Origin: Folioceros fuciformis
Lineage: Eukaryota
DNA length: 64,000 nucleotides
Assembly: GCA_049999805.1 (NCBI GenBank)
Contig: JBNGIO010006231.1
Coordinates: 1 to 64,000, forward strand
Direction: 5' to 3'
Made by a program: the position numbers and the translations under genes. Position 1 is the stretch's first letter; each line of letters starts with the position of its first letter. Shown piece after piece: positions 1-12,430 of this stretch. The notes under the pieces were generated by a model. The model made no database searches. It saw only the letters and a program-made list of their open reading frames with translations, and was not told the origin of the DNA.

Positions 1-2715
1 AATGGAGGAGAATTTACCTCCCAAGCATTTTTTGATTATTGTCGGGTTGAAGGCATAGCCCAGCAATTTTCCATTGCTTATACTCCTCAGCAAAATGGTG
101 TGGCCGAGAATAAAAATCTACGTTTACACGAAATCACTGGATGCTTATTATCTCAAGCTAAATTACCTAAGATTTATTGGGCTGAAGCCATTCTTACTGC
201 CACTTATCTTCTGAATAGATTACCTACCTCTGCTGTAAAGAACATGACTCCATATGAAGCTTTATTGGTCGCAAGCCCTCGATTGAGCACCTTCGTATTT
301 TTGGCTCCCCAGCTTATGCTTTTATTCCTCCTGCACAACGCAAGAAATTTGATCCAAAAGTTGTCCAATATAAGTTTATTGGCTATACTGAAGGCATCAA
401 AGGCTATAAATTATTCGACCCCTCTAATCATAAGCTTCTATATGCTCGTAGTGTGACCTTTAATGAGTCTGCCCTTCTCTTACCTTTAGTGGGAGGATCT
501 GTCGATTTTCCTTCACTCTCGGCTACTCCCACACCATTTCCTTCTGATAACGAAGATTCCTCTATTTTTCCTGATTATGATCCCCTTAATCACTTCCCTT
601 TTCCTTCTTCTCGTGTTGTCTCTGATTTGCAGGAGGAGGAGGAGTCAATCCTCCTACGACGACCTACTACACCAGATCCTGACTNNNNNNNNNNNNNNNN
701 NNNNNNNNNNNNNNNNNNNNNNNNNNNNNNNNNNNNNNNNNNNNNNNNNNNNNNNNNNNNNNNNNNNNNNNNNNNNNNNNNNNNATCCTGACTTGGAAGA
801 ACCTCAACATCTTCCTAAACCTGGTGACTTTGATTATGAGGATTTTGATCCTGCGTATGAAAATCATGTCGATCATGAGGATTCTCTACTAGTCCTTGAA
901 CCTATTCAGGGACCACATCCGCCATCTGTCGTAAATGACACTTCTAATGATGAGCAACCTGCACCCAGGTACAACTTACGTTCCCGTCCAAGCATCCCTG
1001 GACCTGCCAGTTGGTGAGAGCCTCCCCTTGGGTACCTTGCTATTGCCGATCACACTTCTTCGCTTGCATTACCTTACCTAGAAGCCATATACAAAGCCAC
1101 AGCTGACCCTCAAGAACCTGCTACTTTAAAACAAGCCTTTACCCTACCTGAAAAGGACTTATGGAAAGCAGCTGTAGATTCTGAATACAATTCATTAGTT
1201 AAGAACTCTACATGGGAGCTGGTCAGGCCACCTAAAGGAAGAAAAATTATTCCTAGCAAATGGGTATTCAAAATTAAGAGAAAAGGGGATGGATCAATTG
1301 AACACTACAAGGCAAGACTAGTAGCACGAGGATTCACCCAGATACCAGGTCTGGCCTATATACCATATGCCACATATGCCCCAGTAGCTAAGTTTGCTTC
1401 ATTACGTATGATTTTTGCTTTAACTGCGCAATATGATTTCCATCTCCACATGATGGATGTTAAGACAGCATATTTGTATGGCCGTCTCCAAGAGGAAATC
1501 TATATAAAACAACCCGAGGGTTATGAACTTAAAGGCAAAGAAGATTGTGTATGCAAACTTATTAAATGCATTTATGGCTTAAAACAATCAGGGAAAGAGT
1601 GGAATGTTACAATACATACTAAGCTGGTTAATAGAGGCTTTAAACGTAGTAAAGCCGATGCCAGCATGTATATATTAAAATCAGGAAATGATATTCTTTA
1701 TCTACTATTATATGTTGATGATTTATTCATGTCTTCATCATCAGCTTCTCTCCTAGCAGAAATAAAACTTTGGTTACGAGGTCATTTTGAAATGATTGAT
1801 CTCGGTGAGATGACATATGCTCTTGGAGTTAATATCATTCGTGATAGAATTAATAAAACCTTGAGTATTGTTCAAAAAAAATACATAATTGAAAGCTTGG
1901 CTAAGTTTGGACTTGAGGAAGCAAAGCCCGCTCCTACACCTTTTGCTAGCGGCATATGCCTTACCTCCTCTATGAGCCCAACCACTGATGCGGAAAAACA
2001 AGAGATGTCAGCAGTACCATATAGACATGCTGTTGGCACTTTAATATATTTGAGTAATTTTACAAGACCAGACATATCATTCGAAGTAAGCACCTGCTCA
2101 CAGTTTTTAGAAAATCCTGGACGTGAATACTGGATGTCAGTAAAACGCATCTTCAGGTACCTCAAAGGCACAATGAATACAGGACTCATGTATAGGCATA
2201 CAATTGGTATAGAAAAACTTACTTTGACAGCTTATGCTGATGCTGATTATGCTGGAGATTATGACACTAGGAGGTCAGTCTCGGGTTATGTACTAGTTTT
2301 AGGCAATGCACCTATTTCCTAGTCAAGTAGAAAACAACCTACCATCGCTCTCTCAAGTACTGAGTCAGAATATAGAGTCCTGACATCAACAGCCAAAGAA
2401 ATTGTTTGGAGTAGGTTAGTTTTGAATGAATTAGATCATCCGCAAAATGAACCAACTACATTATTTAGTGATAGTCAAGGAGCCATAGCTTTAGCACATA
2501 ATCCTGTTTTTCATTCTAGGACTAAACACATAGCAGTGGAATATCATTACATTAGAGAAGTTTTGGAAGACAAAACAATAGATATTAAGTATATTTCAAC
2601 TCATGAAAATCCAGCTGACATATTAACCAAATCCCTTGGACGGGATTTACATAACAAACACATGAGAAGTTTGGGCATTTTAGATATTAAATCCAAACCA
2701 CCTTTATTACCATAG
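1..2715 (+). mobile_element. Degenerate Ty1/copia pol (integrase-RT-RNase H), 5'-truncated by the window edge
   Basis: Integrase motifs TPQQNGVAE and WAEAILTATYLLNRLP; RT motifs MDVKTAYLYG, IYGLKQS and LYVDD; RNase H motifs SRTKHI and ADILTK; copia domain order. Frameshifts and stops (e.g. TAG at 2320-2322). No 3' LTR seen. Confidence 0.95.
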
Positions 2716-2945
2716 TAAGTACATTATTGTCAAGGGCTGATATAATTTAACTTCTTTATCCTAGCCCTATATTTGGTCCTTAAATCTCAATGTCTTCTTC
2801 TACCCTTAACTCTTCATCATAGTAGATGTCATTTTCTAGATGTAAGGACCAAATAGAACCTGTTTCCAAAAGAAACTTTTAGAATACATGTAGGGGTAGA
2901 AGGATGAATGGCCTCATAGAAGATATGTAGAATCAAGAGCATAAA

Positions 2946-3163
2946 TGCTCTGATACCATGATGAGAATCATTTCATGCTCTAAGATATGCTTACATTACT
3001 TATGTTGCTTGGAGCAAATGTTTTTATAGTACAAACGGTTATTGGTTGTTATAACTAATATAACCGAAATAACAAATAACTACTTGTGTAACCTCCTAGG
3101 AAACTACTTCTAGCCCTAGAATTAAATACTTATTTAATTCTAGGTATTTATATTGCCCTAACG
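2946..3163 (-). mobile_element. tRNA-Met primer-binding site plus adjacent probable LTR remnant of a further LTR element
   Basis: Minus strand reads CA-TGGTATCAGAGCA at 2960-2946, the canonical tRNAiMet PBS directly after an LTR-like CA end. The outer LTR boundary is approximate. Confidence 0.6.
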
Positions 3164-3239
3164 AATAGTGCAAAAAAAGTATCTATTTTATCAAGATGAA
3201 GGCATTTAAATGTGTTGGGTTGAGATGAAAATTGGGAAG

Positions 3240-6200
3240 TGGTTGGCCAGGCTATTATGGTGTAGGTTGGACAGGTAGTGCTGTTCCCATAGGGATGTCA
3301 TCGTCGCCATCTACAGGATCTGCAGGAAGATTAGATCCTCCCACTTCAATTGAGCCTTGCATGTCCTCTAGGAAGGTGATGTCCCGTGAGTGAGTCACTT
3401 TGTGAGTTCATGGGTACATGATTTTGAATCCCTTGACGCCAATGGTGAAGCCAATGAAGATGTGTTTACGTGGGTGATCCTGTAGCTTGGTTCTTGTGGC
3501 TTTAGGTATGTGTGCGAACACGGGAGAGCCAAAGACCTTGAGGTTTGAGAGGTTAGGCTTGTGCCCCGTCCATACTTCATAAGGAGTCTCTTGTGGCAAG
3601 GCAATTGTGACGAATTTGTTGAAGGGGTAAACTGAAGAGGCCATGGCTTCTAGCTAGTATGTCTTTGGCAAGTTGGCATGGATCAACATGGCCAATCCAT
3701 ACTCTTGCATTGTCCTCTTCATCCTTTTGGATACCCCGTTTTGTTGAAATATGTGGGGTGTACTTACTTGCTTATTGATGCCGCATGATTTGCAGAAAAT
3801 CACTTGAAGCATATTCTCCTCCTCCATCTAAACGGATTGTGAGGAGCTTCTCTCTTGTTCGCTTCTTAGCCCACACTATGTGTTCTTGGAAACAAGTAAG
3901 AACTTGAGATTTGTGCTTCAATAAGTAGAGGACAATGAATCTGCTCATATTGTCGATAACCAATATGAAATACAGCTATTTGTGAACAAATCTCTGGAAC
4001 TGTCCTCAGATGTCGGAGTGTACTAACTCCAAGTGTTTTATGGATCTGATGGTTGATTTAGGAAAGGGGGCACGATGACTCTTCCCGAGTGAGCATGCCC
4101 GGAGATGCCAAACTCCTCCACATTAGTGTGATGCCTTTGGCTGCACCTATTGAGAGCATTTGCTCCATTCTTTGTATCCCCATATGGCCAAGTCTTGCCT
4201 CTCATAAGTAGGATTGATTGTGCTTGGTTGGAGTAGATAGTGATCGAGCAGAGTTGTGACTTCTATCCATGTTGAGGTGATACTGGTTATCATTCGTGAG
4301 ATCTGCAGTGGCAATAAGCTCTCCTTGAGGCGTCTCCACGACGCAATGGCCTTGTCCGAAGCATACATAGCAGCTAGACTCACTAATTTTTTGGACTGAA
4401 AATAGATTTTTAGTTAGTTCTAGAACATGCAGTACGTTTGAAATTTGAAGTGTGCTTCAAATTTCAAACAGTTTGAGCTTGAAGTCTACTAATCCTTGTC
4501 CTTCTATTGCGTGCCTTGTGTTGTCACCCAGGTTGACGAAGTGAGGGGGCTTAAAAGGTGTAAAGTCTTTGAAGTACTTTCAGTGTGGGGTCATATGCTG
4601 TGACGCCCCTAAGTCTATGTACCAGGAATGTTGTCCTTGAGCAATTAGGCATGAACTGACTAGATCTGATGGTGGTGAGTCTGGCTTAGTGTTTTGTAGG
4701 CATAGGAATGTCTTTCACTGTCTCTTCTTGGTTAAACCTAATTGACCTAATGCTTCTTCTCTATCTCTCCTGTGATTATTGTCTGCCATACGTCTTCGGC
4801 ACTCTTCATATGTGTGCCCTAGAATCTTGTAGTAGCCGAATATCTTTTTCCAACTTGGGTTGAAGTTGTCGTGTCCTCTAGGGTGAAGCCTCTACCCCTA
4901 TGTGTTTGCTGTCGTTTGCAGGTGAACCTGTTGCGGCCTCAAGCTCTTCCTCTATCTATGAAGTAGGCAGCACTAGAGGATTCCCCGCCAAAGAAGGAAG
5001 CGAATACCTTCCTTCTTACTTCTTCTGTTAGCATAGCACTATTTACTTTATTTACTATAAGTGACATTGCACCTTGTAGGGATTGGACGATGAAGATCCA
5101 TGATTTGGGTAGAGTTGATGGTAATATTGTTGCTGTTAGATCTTCAGTCATAGTGAAGCCACAAGACTGGAACTTGGCGGTTCAGCTCCTAAACAACATG
5201 GTATGTACATCTACCTAGTCAATTTTTGACATTCTTAAAGTGAAATAATTCTTGATAGTGTAAACTGTGTGCATGATATCGGTGGGAGCATATATGTCAT
5301 GGAGTTGTTGCCAAGCTTTCGCGGCTATCTTGATGCCTTCCAGCTGTTGCACATTTTCAGATCTTATGCCTTGCATGATAACATTATTGGCTTGCTGGTT
5401 TTTATCATCCCACTCTTCCTTTTGAGTGTCTGTGGCATTAGCACCTAATGGGCGTGGTGTAGGAATTGATGGAGAGCCATTTCCTACCACAAATTCATGA
5501 AGTTTCCTCTCCTTGAGGATATTGGTGATTTTGAATTTCCATTGGGGAAATTTTGTTGCTGCCCATGCATCTAATCTATCTTCCTTGGATAGTGAGATGT
5601 TGGAGGTCATTTTGCGCTGTTGTTTGTGTCTAATTTGTGTGTCTGTGGGCACGTGCTAGCATGCGTGGCTACTTTGCTGTTAGCTTATATCTTGAAGATA
5701 CAGTTTCTAAAGGAGGCAAATTGTCTCCAAGTGCATGGTGAGTAGAATCCTGACTATTTGAGGTTTGTTTCTGACTTTGGCATTTTGAAGTTGGCTAATC
5801 TTGTGAATTACTGACGTTTCCAGTGCTTCAATTTCAGGTTATGGAGGATTCTTGAACAAGTTGTTCCTTCTGGATATGGTATCTAAATGGGCATGGATTC
5901 TTTCCGAAGCTAGTTATTGCAGTAGGGGATGACCACATCAAAGGATGTGGTGTATTGATTAATCATTGTAGGTGAATAGGAAGGAGACCTGAATATATGA
6001 CCAATCGCATTCATTAGGCTCTACATATCAGTAGTTCATGTCCTACGAGGAGCAATATGCATGAGACTCTAGATCAGGTATAGACTAGAAGGTCTTCGTT
6101 TGCTTCCTTTGAGTTACTACTCTTTAATGGAATCTTGCGAAATTCGAGGTTATGTGCAACTCGGTGTGCTCTTCTAAGCATGTGCTCTCTCTTCGAGAAC

Positions 6201-6580
6201 TGGCATGATGGTTGGGTTTATTTCTCATAATTAAGAGGACGGGGAAGCATTTATGTTTTGCTCTGATGCCATGACATAGTATAGTGTGTCACTGAATAGG
6301 TAGTTGTGCAAGAGAGAATCATAGATTGATGAATGAGAAGACCATGTTAAGTTGATCGAGTGTTGTACAAGAGAGAATTATAGATTGATCGTCGCGAGAA
6401 TCATATATTGATGGTATGAGAAGTAGATGTTAAGTTCGTATGGTGAAGCGGTGCCTTGGGCTAAGCGCTTCATGACGGTTCGTAAAAATGGCTGAAACGT
6501 GCGCTGAATAATGCTAGATCCAGTACTGTTTCTACAGTGATGAGGTAAGCGTTAGTTTTAAAGCTGTTAGAGCTCTCACA
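3240..6580 (-). mobile_element. Degenerate Ty1/copia element (LTR/PBS, gag, protease, integrase; RT missing)
   Basis: PBS-like TGGCATCAGAGC at 6271-6260; gag KFPQWKFKITNILKERKL (5215-5652); protease WYIDLGASQHMT (~4590-4625); integrase LELVHSD, IRLDGGGEY and TPYEVWTGHKPNLSNLKVFG; many stops and frameshifts. Confidence 0.9.
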
Positions 6581-6843
6581 TGCCTTTCACCCTCCTGTGT
6601 CTTATAAAGTATTTTCTCTCGATAAAGGCTAGATCCATATATTTCTACCATGAGGTGCGCAGAATTGCTTTTTCAAGGAACGCAGGCCTGTTTCCGTAGG
6701 GAACGCAGATCTGCTGCCGTAAGGAACAGAGGCCTCCCTTCTGTTTCTTGGAACAATCCTTGCGCTTGCCTAACAACAGGCGACTAGAGTTGTCTAAGTG
6801 ATTCCTCATCAACGGCAATCTAGGTTGTACAGGCTAAGGTCTC

Positions 6844-8847
6844 ATGCATCCATTTCCACTTCGTCGGCTGGTAGTGGTGGTTGAAAGCACGGCTGCTTTG
6901 AGATATGAATGGTCGCGCCTCAATGACTATGTCGAGAAAATTGTTCGAGGTTTCTATGGTCAGGACGTGAATGGAACTAGAATGTCAGTTACCTCAGCAG
7001 ACACTGGTTTGGTTTTGTTCAACAGCCATAGTGCTTATAATGAAAGGTTGGTAAAGCTCCAGGGCTGGACCAGCAGTATGGATGTCTTCCTTCACTGGCT
7101 GCGTAACATCTGGTTCAGTGGGCGCAGGTTTGGAGAAGTGGCTATGGCCGAGGGGCTTGCAGAGGCTCTTCTCATGTGTCTTCAAGGGCAAAATGTCGCA
7201 AACGTGACTGGATCGGACCAGAAGCACGTCCTCCTGATAGCTACATCTGCTCCCTGCAGCACACCAACGCCGGTTGTCACCCCGCCTATTAATTTAGATG
7301 GCAACTCCAATGCCTCGGAGCCAGGGATTCGCCCACGGCGCCTTGCACATTCACAGGATGTGGCCAAGTGGTTCCCTCAATGCCACGTTTCCTTGTCTGT
7401 CATCTGCCCGAGAAGACATCCCCAGTTGCGCTCCATTTTCGACCTGGCCCAGCGGAATGCAAGCTCAGCTGACCCAGAAGCGTTCATTCCCAAACAGTAT
7501 CCCCACGACACAGTTCTTCTATCCGATGGTTTCTGGGAGGCCCGTGCTGCTTTGGGCATGAATGGGAACATCTCCTCTGTGCCTCGAGGCTGGAAAGCTG
7601 AACGTCATGACATTCCGATTACGTCAGGGCAAACGTCAAGTGTGACTTCACGACGCATGGCCAGCGTTCCACGGCGCCAAGCTAGAGATCACATTTCCTC
7701 AAGACCGCCACCTGTATGGGTTAAAAAGACTACGGCGACGACTGGAACAGGTGAACCTCAACTCAGCACTACTTCCTCTTCAACCAAAGCAGTACACAAT
7801 GACTTGAGCTCTCACTCAAACCTTATGGTCCACTATCAGGCGGACGATAATGATTCCCAGAGTCGGGATGGAAAGTTCGATAGAGCTACAACTTCCCTAC
7901 CGCCTGAGGGAACTGGGGAAGACTTTTTCCCTGGACTTCAAATGGGACAGGCGTTTATGCGAATGGGACTTGACGCAAGTCAGGGTCAAGTGGGCCTGAA
8001 TACTCTGAAGGTAGACATGCTGGGACAGGGATGTTTTGCAACTGAGTTGCATCCTTATGCAATGGAGCCATCAAACTTGATTATGACCCGGGCTGAGCTT
8101 GCTGCTGTCAGTGCGGCGAACAGTCAGCTGCCTGCAGTACTTAGCCAGCTGAGGGGTCTGTATACTGCACCGTTTGGACAACAAAATCCATGGTTCGCAT
8201 GGTATTTGACATCAGGAAGTAATGTTCTGGACAGAGCGGCTACGCAAATTGGAGGCGTCGGTGCAAACAGATTCTCAGGAATTATGGGTACTCTCTTTAA
8301 TATACCAGAGCCTACTCAACGCTTGAAACCATCTTCCGTCACACGAGCTTCACACCAGAGTCTTCAACAACACACATTCGGCCCCCCTCAGCGTACAATT
8401 GGCCTGCCCTCGGTGAATCCACAGCGACAGGTTCCACAGTCTTCTCAGGCACCTGGAGGAAAGTATGCAAGGTTGTGGGACGGTGTGTTAGCAGCTGACC
8501 GTCACGGACAGACTGTGGTTATTTGCAAGTTAGAGTGTTATAGACCGAGTTTGTCACCAGAAACACTTGCTGCAGATTGGCCTTCCACATTTCGCATAAT
8601 GAGGGTCATTGATCAGGACCTCATGAGCAGCGTAGAGTTGGAGGGAAAAGAAGAAGTTTTGGCTTTCAGGGCACTGAATCACCATCCATTCCTCTTTCAG
8701 CTGGCAGAAAAGAAATTGCGTGCTGTGATTGAACTGCCAAGCCAGACAATACTGCTGGCAAGTATGCCTAACGAAGGAAGAATGGTCGGTGTGCTATTTC
8801 CAAGCCACAATGTCATCTTAATGCCAACCAATGCAAATCCTCAGTAG
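6844..8847 (+). CDS. MED25: Mediator subunit 25 (PFT1)-like paralog, intronless, diverged (667 aa)
   Basis: vWF-A motifs LVVVVESTAAL and AMAEGLAEAL; ACID-domain YARLWDG...ETLAADWP...LAEKKLRAVIELPSQT; colinear with the 12744-14909 copy; ORF uninterrupted. Confidence 0.85.
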   Translation: MHPFPLRRLVVVVESTAALRYEWSRLNDYVEKIVRGFYGQDVNGTRMSVTSADTGLVLFNSHSAYNERLVKLQGWTSSMDVFLHWLRNIWFSGRRFGEVAMAEGLAEALLMCLQGQNVANVTGSDQKHVLLIATSAPCSTPTPVVTPPINLDGNSNASEPGIRPRRLAHSQDVAKWFPQCHVSLSVICPRRHPQLRSIFDLAQRNASSADPEAFIPKQYPHDTVLLSDGFWEARAALGMNGNISSVPRGWKAERHDIPITSGQTSSVTSRRMASVPRRQARDHISSRPPPVWVKKTTATTGTGEPQLSTTSSSTKAVHNDLSSHSNLMVHYQADDNDSQSRDGKFDRATTSLPPEGTGEDFFPGLQMGQAFMRMGLDASQGQVGLNTLKVDMLGQGCFATELHPYAMEPSNLIMTRAELAAVSAANSQLPAVLSQLRGLYTAPFGQQNPWFAWYLTSGSNVLDRAATQIGGVGANRFSGIMGTLFNIPEPTQRLKPSSVTRASHQSLQQHTFGPPQRTIGLPSVNPQRQVPQSSQAPGGKYARLWDGVLAADRHGQTVVICKLECYRPSLSPETLAADWPSTFRIMRVIDQDLMSSVELEGKEEVLAFRALNHHPFLFQLAEKKLRAVIELPSQTILLASMPNEGRMVGVLFPSHNVILMPTNANPQ

Positions 8848-9019
8848 CGCCCTCAGGAACATACGCCGTTTCAGTTTAAACTAATGTTATCGGCATTTCA
8901 GTGCTGAAACCGTTAGTAGCTATTGGAAGCTGGTAGAAACATGATTCAAGGACAAGATCTGGGAAGAGGTTCACAACATTTTTCTGTCATGCACGGGACG
9001 AGAGCGGAAGGCAACTTGC

Positions 9020-9283
9020 AAAAAATGTCTTGGTGAGGACAAAGCTGGCCAGGTAGTGTATCCACAGAACGCTTTGTCCTGGGAAACCTGTTAGATTATG
9101 ACATGATACTGAGAACCTCATTGTAGTAGTCATGTATTGAGGTCATCACAAGAACAGAGTCGCTGTGTCAAAGGCAAACCTTCCCTCCCAGTATCCTTGT
9201 GTTATCTTCAACATCCCTCGGTACATGTCTGCCTGCAAGTAAGGGACTCCAATTACATCAACTGCTCGCAACTTCGTACGCTC
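9020..9283 (-). pseudogene. Duplicated, decayed Haspin 3' exons (a last-exon remnant also lies at ~6712-6762)
   Basis: Homologous to 15044-15309. The ADMYRGMLKITQGYWEGR exon is retained, the next exon has a 1-nt insertion (acaaagcgtt vs acaaacgtt), and its donor changed GT>GC. Confidence 0.85.
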
Positions 9284-9399
9284 ATTTGCGAAAGCTATAC
9301 ACCTGCCGATCCCAACAACCAGTCCCTTCCTTGCTGGGACACTGCCATCCTGAATCCACGATTTCAACTTCAGAGCCTCAGAAGACTAAGTGCCGGTGA

Positions 9400-9960
9400 C
9401 CTGGGCCCAATCACCTGGAAAATCGTCTTTATGTCCTTTATACGACACCCTCCTGTGCGGGGAAGCCTTCCTCCGATGTAGTGAACCGAGTACACCCGCC
9501 ACAAACTGATCCCAGACCTTCCAGGCCCGGACTCAATTTGCATGTCTGACTACTCCGGGTATCTTCCAGCACAGCGAGAAACGTACGCCTTCTCCACCTG
9601 CGTTCCCCGTGAGCGGAAAGGTTGAGAATCTTCAACTTCGCAGAAATAGCAGGGGACTAAGGGGCTGCCAGCAACATAGCAATGAGCAGACCGAGCACCC
9701 TGCACCTTGTCCCGTCCCTTACCATGGACTTGACAGTGGCAAACACATGCTCAGAGTACATCCCGGAAGACTTGTTTAACACAATAAATCCCTCATCCTC
9801 ATAGACAATTTGCTGCCTGCTGACTCCCTCGTTGCACTGCATGGCGGCTTCTGCCACAATCGCCCGCTCCACCTCCACCGATCTAGCATATTCGGAGCTG
9901 AATGGGGTAAGGGGAACCGGAAGGTCCAGAGCTTCAACAGAATCCTGCTGAAGCAAGGGA
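9400..9960 (-). pseudogene. RluA-family RNA pseudouridine synthase fragment
   Basis: PVPLTP...IVYEDEGFIVLNKSSGMYSE, then VEKAYVSRCAGRYPE*...SGPGRSGISLWRVY...IKDIKTIFQV. In-frame stop; the catalytic HRLD motif and the C-terminus are not found. Confidence 0.75.
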
Positions 9961-11790
9961 GATGCATCAAGCTACGCATTGGATGAACACTGCGGAGCAA
10001 CACGTGGAGGAACGGCGAGGGCTGCCAAGCTAGTGCCACAACCGTTCGTTGAGGCCACAACCCATGCTATGAAGCTGCCTTTCCCACGACAAAGCCAGCG
10101 CGACCTTGGCTGGACAACAAACCCTAAAAATATTTCAATTTATATTTTGGATATTTATTTAACAGTGTGATAATTTAACTTATAAAAATGAAGATCTTAA
10201 GGGATCAGAACCAAGCGTCTTTTGCCTACTAATGTTTCAATCCTCTGCACACCCCTACGGAATATCGATATGGATACACCACTGTTTGTATATGGTCTCA
10301 TATTTTGAAGCTAATGATAGTATGGGTAGTGGGTGGCTATCAAGGCGTCCCAATCTAGCCATCACTCGACATACACGACTTTTTTTTTCTTTCTCACTAG
10401 TTGCACAACAGCATGGGAAAGCTAAGGACGACCAGCAAAGAAGATGTGGAGAAGTGGAGGCCCCCAATGGAGCTGGACGAGCAAAGGGTTAGAATGAAGT
10501 TGGACAAGCCAAGGGTTAGGACGGGAAAGGCAGTGGAGGCTGCCAATGGGGTTGGACGAGCAAAGGGGTAGGAAGCTCATTTTGACTGCTTGTATGTGTG
10601 TGAGAGAAAACATTTTGTTAGGTTGAAGGTTGTGATTGTGCTGTAGGCAGTTGTTTCCTTGCACTAGAACTTATGGTCATGTGACCTTGGAAATAAATGA
10701 ATTATGTGAATTGAATACCTTTGGTTTACGTAATCGCATCCAAATCCCACACAAACTGGGGTTCAATTGATCAAATCTAGAGAGTTTGTGGGGGCTTTTA
10801 GGTACCCCATAACACCCAAAGAGGGGTGTAGTAATTGCAAGGGAACGTTGCATGTGCAGAAGGTGGGGATTGAAGATTTGCAAAATCAGTGGGCTATGGC
10901 TAGGCTTCATATTAGCAATAACATTGCAATGTAGTTCAGATCCTCCAGCATGGAATGTGAGATGAGAATGTAGGCAATTGCATGAGCTTCTTGTAGACTT
11001 AAGAGGAAAGCTAGCATGGTTGTTTGTGTAGTATGGTGTGAGTTGTAGCCACTGCAACACCCAAATCCCTGTCTAGCTTGATCAAAAAGAGTGCAATAGA
11101 GGAGCTTGATGGTGGGCAAATTGAACGGCTCTTTTAATAGATTCACTTCTCCTCAAGGAACCTATGGAATCTCGAGGAGCACCTAACCAAGCACATGTGC
11201 TATATAAGCCAATCAGCCTTGCGTACCCATTCCTAGATTGTGGCCCCAAGTATGAAATTGAAGAGAACGCATCCTTTCCTGCCTTTCCTGCAAGTTACAT
11301 GTGTGCCCTTGCTTCGCCCATCACTCGAAATTCTCAGAAAAAGGGTGAGAAATTGGAAACCAACACCTAACGGCCTCCCATTACCCTAAATCCTCGGAGA
11401 AGGGTATGCAATTGCAAATGAACACTTGAAGGCCTCTCATGCCCCATTCCTCCACCACACTTGAAGTATTACTAGCTAAGGTAGATACCAAGGATCCTCA
11501 TGCACACCCTCACCCTAAACCATTTATCCATACATGGATAAGAAGAATACCCGAGCACAAGATGTAGCGTGAAGGGTGGAACAATGGCAATATGAAGTTC
11601 AAGGGTTTGAAGTCGAAGGCATGATGTGGGTAGATGAAGCTTGTGCTGGAGAAGATAGCAAGGTATTGATTAGAAAATATTATAAACTAAGAAGAAACAA
11701 AAGTTATGGACCAAAGAAGATTCTTCAATGTTCTTAATTGGTCCATTGAAGTGCGAATGCCATAAGAAAAAAAGTGGTATTATATGGAAG

Positions 11791-12090
11791 GTCATAATGT
11801 GACGTGGAGCCCTAAAATCCATAGAATATTGACGTAAAATATAACATACGGTTGAAAAAGAAAACCCTAATTGTGGATTGTATGTGCCTATTGATATTCC
11901 ATACGGTCCACTAAAGAGGCAATGACACAAGAAAAACAGTCCGTACTATATGCAAGCTCATAATGTGACATGGAGCCCTAAAATCCATATGTACGCAAAA
12001 GATGCCGAAGAATATTCACGTAAAAATATACAGTTGAAAAAAGAAAAGGCTAATCGTAGACAGTATGTTCGTATTGGTATTCCACATACC
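11791..12090. repeat. Imperfect direct repeat, ~165 nt period, two copies
   Basis: tcataatgtgac(g/a)tggagccctaaaatccata...gttgaaaaa...tatt(g)atattcca occurs at ~11792 and ~11958. Confidence 0.7.
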
Positions 12091-12421
12091 TGCCTAACTT
12101 TTTGAAAGGATTATGCTTTTGTGACTCTCATTCATTATATATAATAAAATAATTTACGAAGATTGTTCTTGGAAGCTTTAAAAATATATATAATTGAAAA
12201 CTAGTTTTAAATACTATTTGAAAAATATAAGGCCAAGACAAAGAAATTTTGAAATTTTTTTCCACCTCCAATGACGGAGACCGGGGTTGGTGAAAAATGA
12301 CACCCAATACGTCAAATGTTGAATGTGACGTTCCGTCATCAAGGTGTCAACTCCACACGCCACAAGAAGGACTCAGGGAGTCTCACTGAAGGAAGATAAT
12401 TCGCACAAACAGGCGCAGACA

Positions 12422-12430
12422 AAACCCTAA
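12422..12430 (+). promoter_or_regulatory. Telo-box (AAACCCTAA), candidate MED25 promoter element
   Basis: Exact motif ~315 nt upstream of the MED25 ATG; function is inferred only. Confidence 0.35.
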
